A stretch of DNA of 61,562 nucleotides, counting the filler. It is 7 parts of 7 records of this genome, joined end to end, with 100 filler letters (N's around TTAATTAATTAA, not from the genome) between each part and the next. Parts side by side here need not be neighbours in the genome. Positions count along the whole stretch, not along the records: positions 23,260 to 30,828 come from SRR31147125_15160; positions 30,929 to 38,425 come from SRR31147125_15206; positions 38,526 to 44,401 come from SRR31147125_15223; 4 more parts are not named here. The stretch is one strand, 5' to 3'. The position numbers and the translations under genes are program-made. The notes beneath the pieces are model-generated. The model was not told where the DNA came from. It ran no database searches and worked only from the letters and a program-made list of their open reading frames with translations. Shown one piece after another: positions 29,064 through 39,207 of the stretch. Each line of letters starts with the position of its first letter. Positions within the stretch are counted from its first letter, which is position 1.

Positions 29064-29837
29064 ATGAAGATTCTTGTGTGTATCAAGCAGGTTCCGGACA
29101 TGGAATCGAAGTTCAAAGTTGATGCTGCGGGCACCTGGTACGACACCGGCGACCTTGCCTGGCGGATGAACGAATACGACGAGTACGCGGTCGAGCAGGC
29201 GGTCCGTCTCAAGGAGCAGCTCGGAGACGGTGACATCACGGTGCTGTGCATCGGCTCGGACAAGGTCAAGGAGACGATGAAAAAGGCCCTTGCAATGGGC
29301 TGCGACCGCGGACTCCATGTGAGCGACGATGAGGTCACCGGCAAGGAGCCGATGCAGATCGCCTCGATCATCGCCGGCTTTGCCAAGGACAAGGGATTCG
29401 ACGTGATTTTCACCGGCATGCAGTCCCAGGATCGGGGCAGCGGCCAGGTCGGGGTCCTCACCGCGGAGCTCCTGTCCATGCCAAGTGTTACGACCATCGT
29501 CGATTTCGAACTCACCGGCTCCACCGTATCCGCGAAACGTGAACTCGAGGGCGGCATCAAGGCGAAGGTGTCGGTCGATACACCGGCGCTGTTCACCTGC
29601 CAGCTCGGCTTGAACACACCGCGCTACCCGACGCTTCCAAACATCATGAAGGCCAAGAAGAAAGAACTGCTGTCCGTACCTGTCACGGACCTGCTCGGAG
29701 CAGATGCACGGCAGCAGACGGCCACACTCTATTTTCCGGAGAAAAAAGGCGGGGGCATCGTCCTCGAGGGAGACACCCCCGATCTGGCCGACAAACTGGT
29801 ACAGATTCTCAAAGAGAAAACAACCGTTCTTTCATGA
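29064..29837 (+). CDS. etfB: Electron transfer flavoprotein beta subunit
   Basis: MKILVCIKQVPD, DEYAVEQA, ALAMGCD, NTPRYPTL. Confidence 0.95.
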   Translation: MKILVCIKQVPDMESKFKVDAAGTWYDTGDLAWRMNEYDEYAVEQAVRLKEQLGDGDITVLCIGSDKVKETMKKALAMGCDRGLHVSDDEVTGKEPMQIASIIAGFAKDKGFDVIFTGMQSQDRGSGQVGVLTAELLSMPSVTTIVDFELTGSTVSAKRELEGGIKAKVSVDTPALFTCQLGLNTPRYPTLPNIMKAKKKELLSVPVTDLLGADARQQTATLYFPEKKGGGIVLEGDTPDLADKLVQILKEKTTVLS

Positions 29838-29852
29838 TGACGAGGTGATCCT

Positions 29853-30770
29853 ATGAAAGCATTACTTGTAGCGGAATACAGAGATGGGGAACTCCTCGCG
29901 TCGGCCCAGGAGCTGATCGGTTTTGCCCAGCAGCTGGGTGCTGACAGCGCAATGTTCATGGTCGGAAGCGGTGACGCCCTGCCAGCCTACGACGGGACGC
30001 TCTATCTGGCGGAAGCATCACAGTACGGCGAGTTCAACCCCGATGCCCACAAACAGTTGCTGTTGTCTGTGGTAGAACAGGAAAAACCGGACATGGTCGT
30101 GTTCTCTCATTCGTCCTACGGCTGGGATCTCGCACCGCGGATAGCCTGCAGTCTGGGCGCGGCACAGATCTCCGAAGTCGTCGAGGTGAGTGACGGTGCC
30201 ATGGTGGTCCCGGTCTGCAACGCGAAGCTGCGGCGGCAGGTCACGCCCACTACCAGCGTCTGCGTCGTCACCTTGCAGGCGGGAGCTTTCAGCGCCGCTG
30301 AGGGGTTCGGCAGCACTCCGACAGTACAAGAGATCTCCGGCGAAACCGGCGGACCGATCTCATTTCAAGGTTATGAAGAGGCCGAGGCAGGCGGAGTCGA
30401 CCTGTCCAAGTCAGAGGTGATCGTCAGTGCCGGACGCGGCATCGGCAAGCCGGACAATGTCTCCATCATAGAGGATCTGGCCCAGGCCCTTGGCGGCGAC
30501 TATGGAGCCAGCCGCCCGGTGGTCGACTCCGAGTGGGTCGAGCACAACCGGCAGGTCGGCACGACCGGACAGACGGTCTCGCCGAAGCTCTATGTGGCCT
30601 GCGGCATATCAGGAGCCATACAACACCTGGCCGGCATGAAGAAATCAGAGTTCATCGTTGCCGTCAATACTGACAAGGATGCGCCGATCGGAGAGATTGC
30701 CGACGTATTGGTAGTTGCCGATCTCAAGCAATTCGTTCCGGCTCTGACAGAAAAAATCAAGGCCGGTTGA
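29853..30770 (+). CDS. etfA: Electron transfer flavoprotein alpha subunit
   Basis: SAGRGIG, GASRPVVD, QVGTTGQTVSP, GISGAIQH. Confidence 0.95.
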   Translation: MKALLVAEYRDGELLASAQELIGFAQQLGADSAMFMVGSGDALPAYDGTLYLAEASQYGEFNPDAHKQLLLSVVEQEKPDMVVFSHSSYGWDLAPRIACSLGAAQISEVVEVSDGAMVVPVCNAKLRRQVTPTTSVCVVTLQAGAFSAAEGFGSTPTVQEISGETGGPISFQGYEEAEAGGVDLSKSEVIVSAGRGIGKPDNVSIIEDLAQALGGDYGASRPVVDSEWVEHNRQVGTTGQTVSPKLYVACGISGAIQHLAGMKKSEFIVAVNTDKDAPIGEIADVLVVADLKQFVPALTEKIKAG

Positions 30771-30788
30771 AAAACCGGTCGCAGCGAC

Positions 30789-30826
30789 ACCATCAAGGCC
30801 GGCTGTACACAGTCGGCCTTGATGGT
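30789..30826 (+). terminator. Long hairpin after etfA
   Basis: ACCATCAAGGCCGGCTG-TACA-CAGTCGGCCTTGATGGT. Confidence 0.7.
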
Positions 30827-30828
30827 TG

Positions 30829-30928
30829 NNNNNNNNNNNNNNNNNNNNNNNNNNNNNNNNNNNNNNNNNNNNTTAATTAATTAANNNNNNNNNNNNNNNN
30901 NNNNNNNNNNNNNNNNNNNNNNNNNNNN
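30829..30928. other. Artificial contig linker
   Basis: Ns + TTAATTAATTAA. Confidence 0.98.
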
Positions 30929-30958
30929 GTTGAATAATATTATTATTCAACAGTCCCC
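30929..30958 (-). terminator. Truncated hairpin (terminator or dispersed repeat) at the contig start
   Basis: GTTGAATAAT-ATT-ATTATTCAAC followed by AGTCCCC, downstream of the PIG-L gene. Confidence 0.45.
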
Positions 30959-31012
30959 ATATGTAAAACCCTTAAAATTCGACGAATTAACGCAAACAAT
31001 ACCTATATAGAA

Positions 31013-32452
31013 TTATCTTTTTCTAGATATATTCTTAATTAGTAATATCATCACATAAATACACACAATAAATATTATCCCAGCAACAACACACACAAAT
31101 ATAGTAGAACTTTTACCAAGCTTATAATCCGCTTTTGGTGTTGGCGATATATCAGCAGTTGGGGTTATTGATGGGGTCGATTTGGGTGTAGGTGACATAG
31201 TAGCTGTCGGTTCTATAGTAGGTGTTGGTTCGGGTTCGGTATTTTCAAACATATCACTGCCTTCAGTATCGTATCCAACAGTGGTGTATGCAAGTCCATA
31301 ATCGTAGCATGAAAAATCTGAATCATCATCATGAACTCTTACTACCTGATATTTTAATTGAGATACGTATTGCAAAATTCCTATATTAGCCGCTTCTATA
31401 GCAGTCAACCCATCATATTCATCCAACGGCTCATCAAATACGTCCATGTGAATTTGATTATCCTCATAAAGATGCAAGTATAATTTCTTTACTTCATGGC
31501 TACCAAATTGCTCGTAGGACTCTGGATGATATTCAGAATTATTAGTAAGCTTTAAAGCTTCAAGTAAACACATTGCAGTAAATATATGGTTACCATGTCC
31601 GTACTCTCCCTTTAGATCATGGCTAACAATTACATCAGGCTTTTTTTCTCTTATTACACTTACCATATAATCTATTGTTTTTTGTTCTCCCCAGCGAGAT
31701 TTTGTATAATTGTATGTATTCTCTTCATAAACATCTTCAAAATAAGCAAAGAGGGGCAGATTGCTTTGATGCATTGCCCATTGGTAGTTTAATGCTTCAG
31801 AACGCCTGCATGGGTCAGATGCTGTCATATATACTACAGCAACTTTTTTATCCATCTCGCCCGCATAGTATGGAATTAGTCCTGAAAAAAACACTGCTTC
31901 ATCATCTGGGTGTGCAGAGAATATCATCATATCCACTTCATCATATGATTCTTGCCAGCTTTGAACATAGCTTGGCAGTTCACCTTCTGAAAAAATCTTA
32001 AACTCTACAATCCCAAATTTCCCTTGGCTTGTTTCTGTGCCTCTAATGCGGATAAATTTCACAGGTGTATCAAATGTATAAGTTACATGATAAAATTCAT
32101 CATCTTCCTCATGTTCAATATCTTCCCACACTTTCCCGTCATTAGATGTTTGTATTACTAGCTCACTAGGCTTAAAGGCATAGCAAACATAAAGATGCTT
32201 TATCAATTCATCGCTTTGTATATGAAAATATTTATAAGCTGCTTTGTTTGTATACCAATATGACTGATAGTTATCATCAACAGTAGACCCAGCCCATACT
32301 CCATTGCTGGTTTTATACACTGCATTCTCTGTTAAATCTTTGCTTAACTCTTCAGCATTTAAGTCAGGTGAAGATACTACAAAAACTATCATAGTTAATA
32401 TGATAGTTTTTGTTATGTAGTTAATTATATTTCTTTTCAAATTACTCCTCAT
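31013..32452 (-). CDS. Membrane-anchored extracellular PIG-L/LmbE-family deacetylase
   Basis: Signal peptide; discoidin-like N-domain (SNDGKVW..FIRI); AHPDDE and GEYGHGNH metal motifs; PT-rich linker; C-terminal TM with basic tail. Confidence 0.88.
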   Translation of the reverse strand: MRSNLKRNIINYITKTIILTMIVFVVSSPDLNAEELSKDLTENAVYKTSNGVWAGSTVDDNYQSYWYTNKAAYKYFHIQSDELIKHLYVCYAFKPSELVIQTSNDGKVWEDIEHEEDDEFYHVTYTFDTPVKFIRIRGTETSQGKFGIVEFKIFSEGELPSYVQSWQESYDEVDMMIFSAHPDDEAVFFSGLIPYYAGEMDKKVAVVYMTASDPCRRSEALNYQWAMHQSNLPLFAYFEDVYEENTYNYTKSRWGEQKTIDYMVSVIREKKPDVIVSHDLKGEYGHGNHIFTAMCLLEALKLTNNSEYHPESYEQFGSHEVKKLYLHLYEDNQIHMDVFDEPLDEYDGLTAIEAANIGILQYVSQLKYQVVRVHDDDSDFSCYDYGLAYTTVGYDTEGSDMFENTEPEPTPTIEPTATMSPTPKSTPSITPTADISPTPKADYKLGKSSTIFVCVVAGIIFIVCIYVMILLIKNISRKR

Positions 32453-34874
32453 AATAATTCTCTAAGTCAGCTGGTACTAAATCTGATTGACCAAAGTATA
32501 TAATTTCCCATACTGGTCTGTGGTTCGGGTAAATAACATCATTTTTGTGAGTATTTAAAAATCTTCCCATAAAAGCTACTGCAGCAGTCTGTCCTCCGTC
32601 TAAATTGTAGGCTGCGCTGCAACCTAGTTGTTGGAAATAGTTAGACATTGTATAAAATGACATACCTCGGCTTACGCTTGGCTGTCTGCCCTCTGCAACA
32701 ATATTTACATAATGTCCTGGTTCAACCATCCCCCATGCGCAGCGAGGGTTAGCACCGCTTATATAATAGCCTGGATCTGTACATGCATCAGTCTTTTCAC
32801 TATCACGAACTAATACAGCACCAAAAGACAAAGTGTTTTGAACGCCAGCATCTATTAACTCACCATATGTAATTTTGTCATCGTTAGTATATACCTCCAT
32901 TGTTCCATCAGGGTACATTGCCAAAAAGTCTTTACAGTTACTTGGCGTATCGTATACATCCTCTATTTTATATTCTTTTGCCCCTTTGCCCAATCCGTCA
33001 AATATTCTACCGTTTCTTATTACTTTTCCTATCCATTTGTTGCTACTTTCCATAGCAAAGTCTCCATTTGTTGCAAAGACTGCTTTGTTTATTTGAGCTA
33101 TGCCGTCTGTTTTTGTGCCTATTGTATATTTCCCTGGAGGCTCTTGATTGCTATAACCAAGATTGAATCCTGAAAGGTCTTTAGTCCTTATATGTGTTAC
33201 AAAGATAAGAGTTTCTACATTTTCATCATATACTTTTTCTATTGTTACATTTAGCGTTGGTGAGCTATAATACCAAAGATTATCCAGCTCTACAACCACT
33301 TCCTCCTCTGAATAGAAATCTTCATCACTTGGTCTGTTTTCGCTAATTACGCTCATGTTAATATCTAAAACAGATGAATCATATTCTGGAATATTTATAA
33401 TATGATCCAATGAGTTATTACTTGGCGTAGCAGTCAATGAATATGTTCCATCAGATGATTTTACCAGCAATACTCCCTCTTCATATAGCACATTTGTTAC
33501 TTCATAATCAGGTACTTTCTTTACATCTTGGTATGCATCCAATCTTTTACTTGAAATCTGAATTTCAGTGTAGATGTTCTGGCGCATAGCAGCGCCGTTA
33601 GTAGTTGTTCTCATCCATCCTGCTGTATTTAGCATCACTTTATCGCCTATAGCACCTATAAGGCCATTCATGTCACCGTTTCTACTATCTTTTAATATTG
33701 CCAGCCTCTCTGCATTCTGTGCATTTAAGTCAGCAACATATATTTGTTCATAGTTGTTTTCGTCCATATCATGGTAATAAACACTGTATGTATCAAAGAA
33801 ATAAACATGCAGCATTTCTTCGTTCATAATTTCTGTACTGTTTCCATCCTTATAAAGATATAGAATATGGTCAGAATCGCATTCGTTTTCAATTTTCTCT
33901 GTGTAGTACACGCCATTATCAGTAACCTGCATTTCTATTATCCATTTGCTGGATATCACTTCCTCAGTCTTAAAGTCTTTATCCATTTTCACAAACCCTT
34001 TAGAGTATGAAAGGGCATAAAATGTATCACCATAACTTAAAAGATCAAAATAATCACCCGATTTAACCATAGTTAGACCAGTACCGTCGGTTTTCATTTC
34101 ATAAATATTATAAGGAGCATCAATCATTGTTCCGCTGCCTAATTCTTCCCCTGCTATAAAATAGATATAATCACCTATTACATTTATTCCTTTAATATGG
34201 AATGTACCTACAAACTCTAAAAGCGGAAACATTTCTGTTTCGCCAGATACATAATTATGCTTAACAATAGAATGGACATCATCAATATCAACAGGGAAGT
34301 AAACGTATCCTTCGCTGTATGCCAAGGAATTAACACTTGCATTTCTACCTTTTTGATTATTTGCTGCAGCATTTTCCCATGCACTAAATCTGCTTTCTAA
34401 TGCAGCTAGGGTAACCTGAGCGCTATCATAGTTTTCATCAAATGTTTCAACTAATAATAGTTTTTCATGCGCCGCATTAAAATCTCTTTGTGTAAAAAGC
34501 TCCATACCTTCTTGATAATTTGCATTTGATGCGGCAATCGCCTGCTCTAAAGCAATAATGTCATCTAACGCTTTCTGAACATCTTGCTTAGTGTATTCAA
34601 AAATCAAAAAGTCATTAAGGGCTGATTTAGCTTCATCTATTGACATATTATTAGTTGCATCATTTATTAAGTTTGAAGAATATACATCCAGCGATACATT
34701 GTAGTAGTCAATTCTTTCATCCTCTGCAGCTTCATACAAGGTATTAGCTTCACTATAGTTTCTTGCATTTAATAGATTATCAAAATCTATCTTTAATTGG
34801 TTATAATCTACCTTTTCACACGAAGTCATGCACAAGGCAATTATTAAAAACGTAATAATTATTTTCTTTTTCAT
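32442..34874 (-). CDS. Lipoprotein with DUF5050-like propeller and C-terminal phosphodiester glycosidase (NAGPA/DUF2233) domain
   Basis: Lipobox MTSC; IYEMKTDGT propeller motif; ATNGDF, SFGAVLV, NPRCAWG, EGRQ..SRGM, AYNLDGG. Confidence 0.85.
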   Translation of the reverse strand: MKKKIIITFLIIALCMTSCEKVDYNQLKIDFDNLLNARNYSEANTLYEAAEDERIDYYNVSLDVYSSNLINDATNNMSIDEAKSALNDFLIFEYTKQDVQKALDDIIALEQAIAASNANYQEGMELFTQRDFNAAHEKLLLVETFDENYDSAQVTLAALESRFSAWENAAANNQKGRNASVNSLAYSEGYVYFPVDIDDVHSIVKHNYVSGETEMFPLLEFVGTFHIKGINVIGDYIYFIAGEELGSGTMIDAPYNIYEMKTDGTGLTMVKSGDYFDLLSYGDTFYALSYSKGFVKMDKDFKTEEVISSKWIIEMQVTDNGVYYTEKIENECDSDHILYLYKDGNSTEIMNEEMLHVYFFDTYSVYYHDMDENNYEQIYVADLNAQNAERLAILKDSRNGDMNGLIGAIGDKVMLNTAGWMRTTTNGAAMRQNIYTEIQISSKRLDAYQDVKKVPDYEVTNVLYEEGVLLVKSSDGTYSLTATPSNNSLDHIINIPEYDSSVLDINMSVISENRPSDEDFYSEEEVVVELDNLWYYSSPTLNVTIEKVYDENVETLIFVTHIRTKDLSGFNLGYSNQEPPGKYTIGTKTDGIAQINKAVFATNGDFAMESSNKWIGKVIRNGRIFDGLGKGAKEYKIEDVYDTPSNCKDFLAMYPDGTMEVYTNDDKITYGELIDAGVQNTLSFGAVLVRDSEKTDACTDPGYYISGANPRCAWGMVEPGHYVNIVAEGRQPSVSRGMSFYTMSNYFQQLGCSAAYNLDGGQTAAVAFMGRFLNTHKNDVIYPNHRPVWEIIYFGQSDLVPADLENYYEE

Positions 34875-35159
34875 TAAATTCTCTCTCTAACAAATTTGTT
34901 TTTTCAAACATTATTCTTATTATATTTATATATATTATAAAATTCAAGGAAATAATTGATAATAAGACAATAATATCACAAATTTTATGTTACAATATCC
35001 CATATAATTAATGCGAAAATGTCTTATTGAATTATAATATATCGATATTACAATTGTATTAATTTTCATTAATATTTACGTGATATTTTGTTGCATTTAT
35101 AATTAATCTAATGTATTATCAAAATGCAAGGTAAATTAAATCTTTTGTGGAGTGAGAAA

Positions 35160-36582
35160 GTGAAAAGAAAATTATTTAATGTTTTTATTATAATGCTTGC
35201 ATTTTTTGTGTTTGCTAGTTTCTCCTACGACGGCATAAATAGTTTGCAAATTGCTTATGCCGTTGGAGATGATGACACAAATCAAGAAGAGGATGCATCT
35301 AATGAAGGCGTAATGCCAAAACTACCAGAAATACCAGAGCTGACAGACGAATATAAAATAGTAGAAACCTATGAAACAGATTGGACAGATGTAATATCAT
35401 ATGATATTAAGTATGATGAATACGATGTGTTTCCTCATTATGTAGTTGGCTTATCCTATTCCAAAAGAAAAATATATGAAGAGCCTGATAAAAGTACAGA
35501 AGTGCTTGATAAGATTTCTTACGGCAATAAAGTTCAAACTATAGCATTAATAGAGGATGAAGATGAAAATCAGTGGTATGCTGTAATATGCGAAGATGAT
35601 GATAAAACTGCAATTGGGTATGTCCAGGCTGAAAAAGTATCAAAAAGAAAGTTCCAGCTTGAAGAAATGCAAAAATATCTTGAAAGTGTTTCAGATATTC
35701 ATGAACGAGGTCATATTGTTTATTTGGAAAACTATAAGTACAGAAATGGATATGCACCCAGAATGCCCAACGGATCATATTATGATGATTTTGGCTATAG
35801 AAGGCCAGTCCATAGCCGGCTATTATGATGCAACAATGGATGGGAAGTTTCGGTATATTCCTGATGGAATGCTAGGTGTAGTAGAGCAAATAATCGAAAT
35901 AACAGAAACTAAAGATGAAGTTATTGTAATTGATGATAAAGGTCATTTTACAGACAAAAGTGAATTTTCTGAATATTTTGGTGAAGAAAAAGATAGCGAA
36001 GACGATGATGAAAAAGATGCTGTAGAAGAATATAATGAAACAACTGAAGTTACAGCCGTTAAGGTTTATATTCCAAGTTTCGGTGTTTCTTTATGGGTTG
36101 AAGAGAAATATCTAAACGAGGATGAAGATGCACCTGATGTTCTAGACCAGACTATTATAGTGGACAGAGAAAATCAAACCATTGCAATCTTTGAATATGA
36201 TGATGAATGGAAAGTTATATCTATGAGCTACTCATCAACTGGCAAGACAGGCGAATTTTCGCTGCCAACGCCTCTTGGGTACTATATGGCTATTACTAAA
36301 AAGCCTAAGTTTGATTATGTAGAGGATGGTACTACTACAATCGTAGGGTTTGCTCCACATGCTATCAGATTCTCTGGCGGCGGTTATCTTCATGGTGTAC
36401 CTATGAACTACAGCTTTGATGAATTCGGCAATAAGAAATCTCCAACACGCTATACTGAGTATTTAGCATCTATTGGTACTATACCAAAGTCGCATATGTG
36501 TGTAAGAAATTACACATCACATGCAAAGTTTGTGTATGATTGGGTAGATATAGGCAACTGTGCAGTAATCGTGATGGAATAA
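35160..36582 (+). CDS. SH3-domain L,D-transpeptidase (YkuD family), frameshift near 35800
   Basis: SH3-like IYEEPD..WYAV..GYV in ORF 35124-35828; IIVDRENQ, STG..PTPLG, YLHG..SHMCVRN in ORF 35596-36582. Confidence 0.85.
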
Positions 36583-36610
36583 AAGTGTATATTAATAAGA
36601 GGGATAAATT

Positions 36611-37812
36611 GTGAAAAAACATTTCATTAAAATAATTATAGGAATATCATTTTTATGTGTATTAGCTTCTGGGATAATATTAAACATAGTTTTCCCAGTA
36701 AACATACCAGTTGATAAAAACGAAGAGCCTAAAGCAGGAAAAGTAATTAAAGTTCCTGAGGATTATATAATATCAAGCAGTACTAAATTACTGGTTAATG
36801 ACGATAATTATATACACTCAGATGATACTGCGATAAAAGGAATAGTAAGTAAAATAGTATTTGACGATGAAGATCTAAGCCAATTTATTATAGAATCATT
36901 AGATAATAAGGAATACAAAATTGATTATGAGGATCTTGATTTAATAAGTACAGATATAGTAGAAAAACAAGATGAAGATGATAATAGTCAAGTAAATCTT
37001 GTTTTTAGAACCGGCGGAAAAGTTAAGCTTTCTGAAGGTAAGACTGTATATTTGTACAAAACCGAAACAGGTAAGTTGTCATTGGATAAAAGAGAACAAA
37101 TAAAATCCAGTCAAATCCATTTTACTGGTGTTATTGAAGATTTTGAATTCCTTCCGACTGCCGAGCAAGAGGGCGACATATACATAAGTCACATTACAGT
37201 CAAAAATAATGATGGCGAAATTGTTGAGCTGTATCCGCATAATTTAGATGCTAATTCTATTAAAACATCAGGAGAAATGGCAGTATATTATCTAGGAAAT
37301 ATTTTAGGTATGCCAATTTTTGATATAAAAGAAAGTGATGATTTTTCGCTGGAGATAAGCACAGATTATGATGTGCATATTCTTGAAAAAGGAATGCATA
37401 TTAATCTTGTACAAAACGAAAAAAAGGATATTGGGAAATTGGTAATGAAATAGATACTAAAATATATGAAGCAACCATTGATGGCTTTGTTTTTGGTCAT
37501 AAAGGTGATGATATTACAAGTGTTGATTACATTAATTTATCAATAAACGAAAATGATACTGTACAGTTAACTATGATGCAGACAGGGGCATTATACGCTA
37601 TCCCTAATGGTGACTACAAAAAAATATATACCTATAATGGACATAATAAAAGCCTAACAGACGTTGAGCCACTTGAAGACTGGAAAATGGAGCTATATTA
37701 CGAGGATGATACAGTTTTAGAGCTAAGCGTAGGTACAAAGGTATGGATTTATAAAAACAAATATGATATTTGGCTAATTGACTATACATATGAAGAGGAA
37801 ACTACCGAATAA
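36611..37812 (+). CDS. Membrane-anchored hypothetical protein with three internal repeats, frameshift at A-run near 37419-37425
   Basis: Frame change at GAAAAAAAGGA gives GYWEIGNEIDTKIYEATID, in frame with ORF 37573-37812. Confidence 0.65.
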
Positions 37813-37868
37813 GACGAAACTATATAGATTTACTTTATAGATTTGTTTGGTGAATACACGAAATTTGA

Positions 37869-38171
37869 AACATTCCCCAAGGTGCATTTATTGCTATTTC
37901 AGTTTTCCCCCTTGCATCTTTAATAGCTGGAATATTCTATTGTGCTATGTTTAAGTTTGGGTACTTAAAAGCTAGATTTGTTAATATTATTCCTATAATA
38001 TTAATCTTTATGGATAGCGAGGTTATAAGCTCATTCCTTAAAGATAAATTAATAGATATAAGCAATATATCACCCGCTTTTGTTGTAATAATAAGCTTGA
38101 TCTTAAGTTTCACTTTTCTGTATATTTCAATGCTTATTTCTCAAAAGATCTACTCTAGAAAAGATTTTTAA
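37869..38171 (+). pseudogene. C-terminal remnant of an ABC-2-type permease
   Basis: MFKFGYLKAR..YISMLISQKIYSRKDF C-terminus typical of ABC-2 permeases; about 100 codons; in-frame TGA upstream; no ATPase partner. Confidence 0.5.
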
Positions 38172-38193
38172 TTTATCTAAGAATATTTATTAC

Positions 38194-38219
38194 AAAAGGT
38201 GCTATATTTAGCGCCTTTT
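38194..38219. terminator. Bidirectional intrinsic terminator
   Basis: AAAAGGTGCTA-TATT-TAGCGCCTTTT. Confidence 0.7.
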
Positions 38220-38296
38220 AGTTTGCACATAATAATAAATATAAAAGCAAAATCATGGTATAATAACAGTATAATTTAAGAAATATAAAAATACTC

Positions 38297-38326
38297 TTGA
38301 TTTTAATAATGCGATTAGGATATAAT
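38297..38326 (+). promoter_or_regulatory. Sigma-A promoter for a gene beyond the contig end
   Basis: TTGATT-N18-TATAAT. Confidence 0.45.
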
Positions 38327-38425
38327 ATATTACTGATTTACGAATATGGCACAGTTAAATATTATGAAGAAAATGTTACTAGTTTGTGGGTAAACTTCAG
38401 GGCGATAGAAGTTTTGTAAACTTCG

Positions 38426-38525
38426 NNNNNNNNNNNNNNNNNNNNNNNNNNNNNNNNNNNNNNNNNNNNTTAATTAATTAANNNNNNNNNNNNNNNNNNN
38501 NNNNNNNNNNNNNNNNNNNNNNNNN
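38426..38525. other. Artificial contig linker
   Basis: Ns + TTAATTAATTAA. Confidence 0.98.
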
Positions 38526-39142
38526 TTGCAGCTTGAATTAGCAAAAAAACAGTGCTTGAAGTCGGTGCAGGAATAGGAGATCACTCGCACTATTTTTTGG
38601 ACAGAGACTGTAAATTAACGATAACAGAGGCTCGTAAAGAAAATCTAAAATATTTATATCGGAGATATCCAGGTGAAGATGTGAGGCCCCTGGACATGGA
38701 ATCACCTACGCCTATAAATGGAGCGCCTTTCGATGTAGTATATTGTTATGGATTACTTTACCATCTAAGCGATCCAGAAAAAGCAATAAAATATCTTAGC
38801 GAAATTTGTAAAAATGTACTTCTCGTCGAAACGTGTGTATCATTCGGCAATGGAAAAGAAATTAATATTATTAAAGAAGATATTATTGATAAAAGCCAAG
38901 CATGTTCTGGGAAAGGTTGCAGGCCAACACGTCCATGGATTTTCGAAAAGCTTAAGGACCAATTCCAGTTCGTATATATTCCTACCACTCAGCCAAACCA
39001 TGAAGAATTTCCTATAAACTGGGAATCATCCGATGAACAAAATTCTTCGCTCAGTCGTGCAATATTTATAGCGTCAAGACGTAGAATTGATAATATAAAT
39101 TTAACGAGTGAACTTCTTAATAAACAGGTTAGACACTGGTAG
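38526..39142 (+). CDS. Class I SAM-dependent methyltransferase, 5'-truncated
   Basis: VLEVGAGIG motif I; FDVVYCYGLLYHL. Confidence 0.85.
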
Positions 39143-39207
39143 TGACAATCTGTTATCTTAAGTAGCAATCACATTATATGAATACATATTAATAAGTCGG
39201 AAAATAA

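Noticed and set aside
23431-30796. Many long antisense or alternative-frame ORFs in the GC-rich contig (e.g. 24256-25101, 25956-26705, 27078-27830, 29012-29617)
   Set aside because: Shadow ORFs of well-supported genes, expected at high GC, with no recognisable motifs.
31130-31240. Short GGTGT/GGTTC repeats
   Set aside because: Explained by the PT-rich linker codons of the PIG-L protein.
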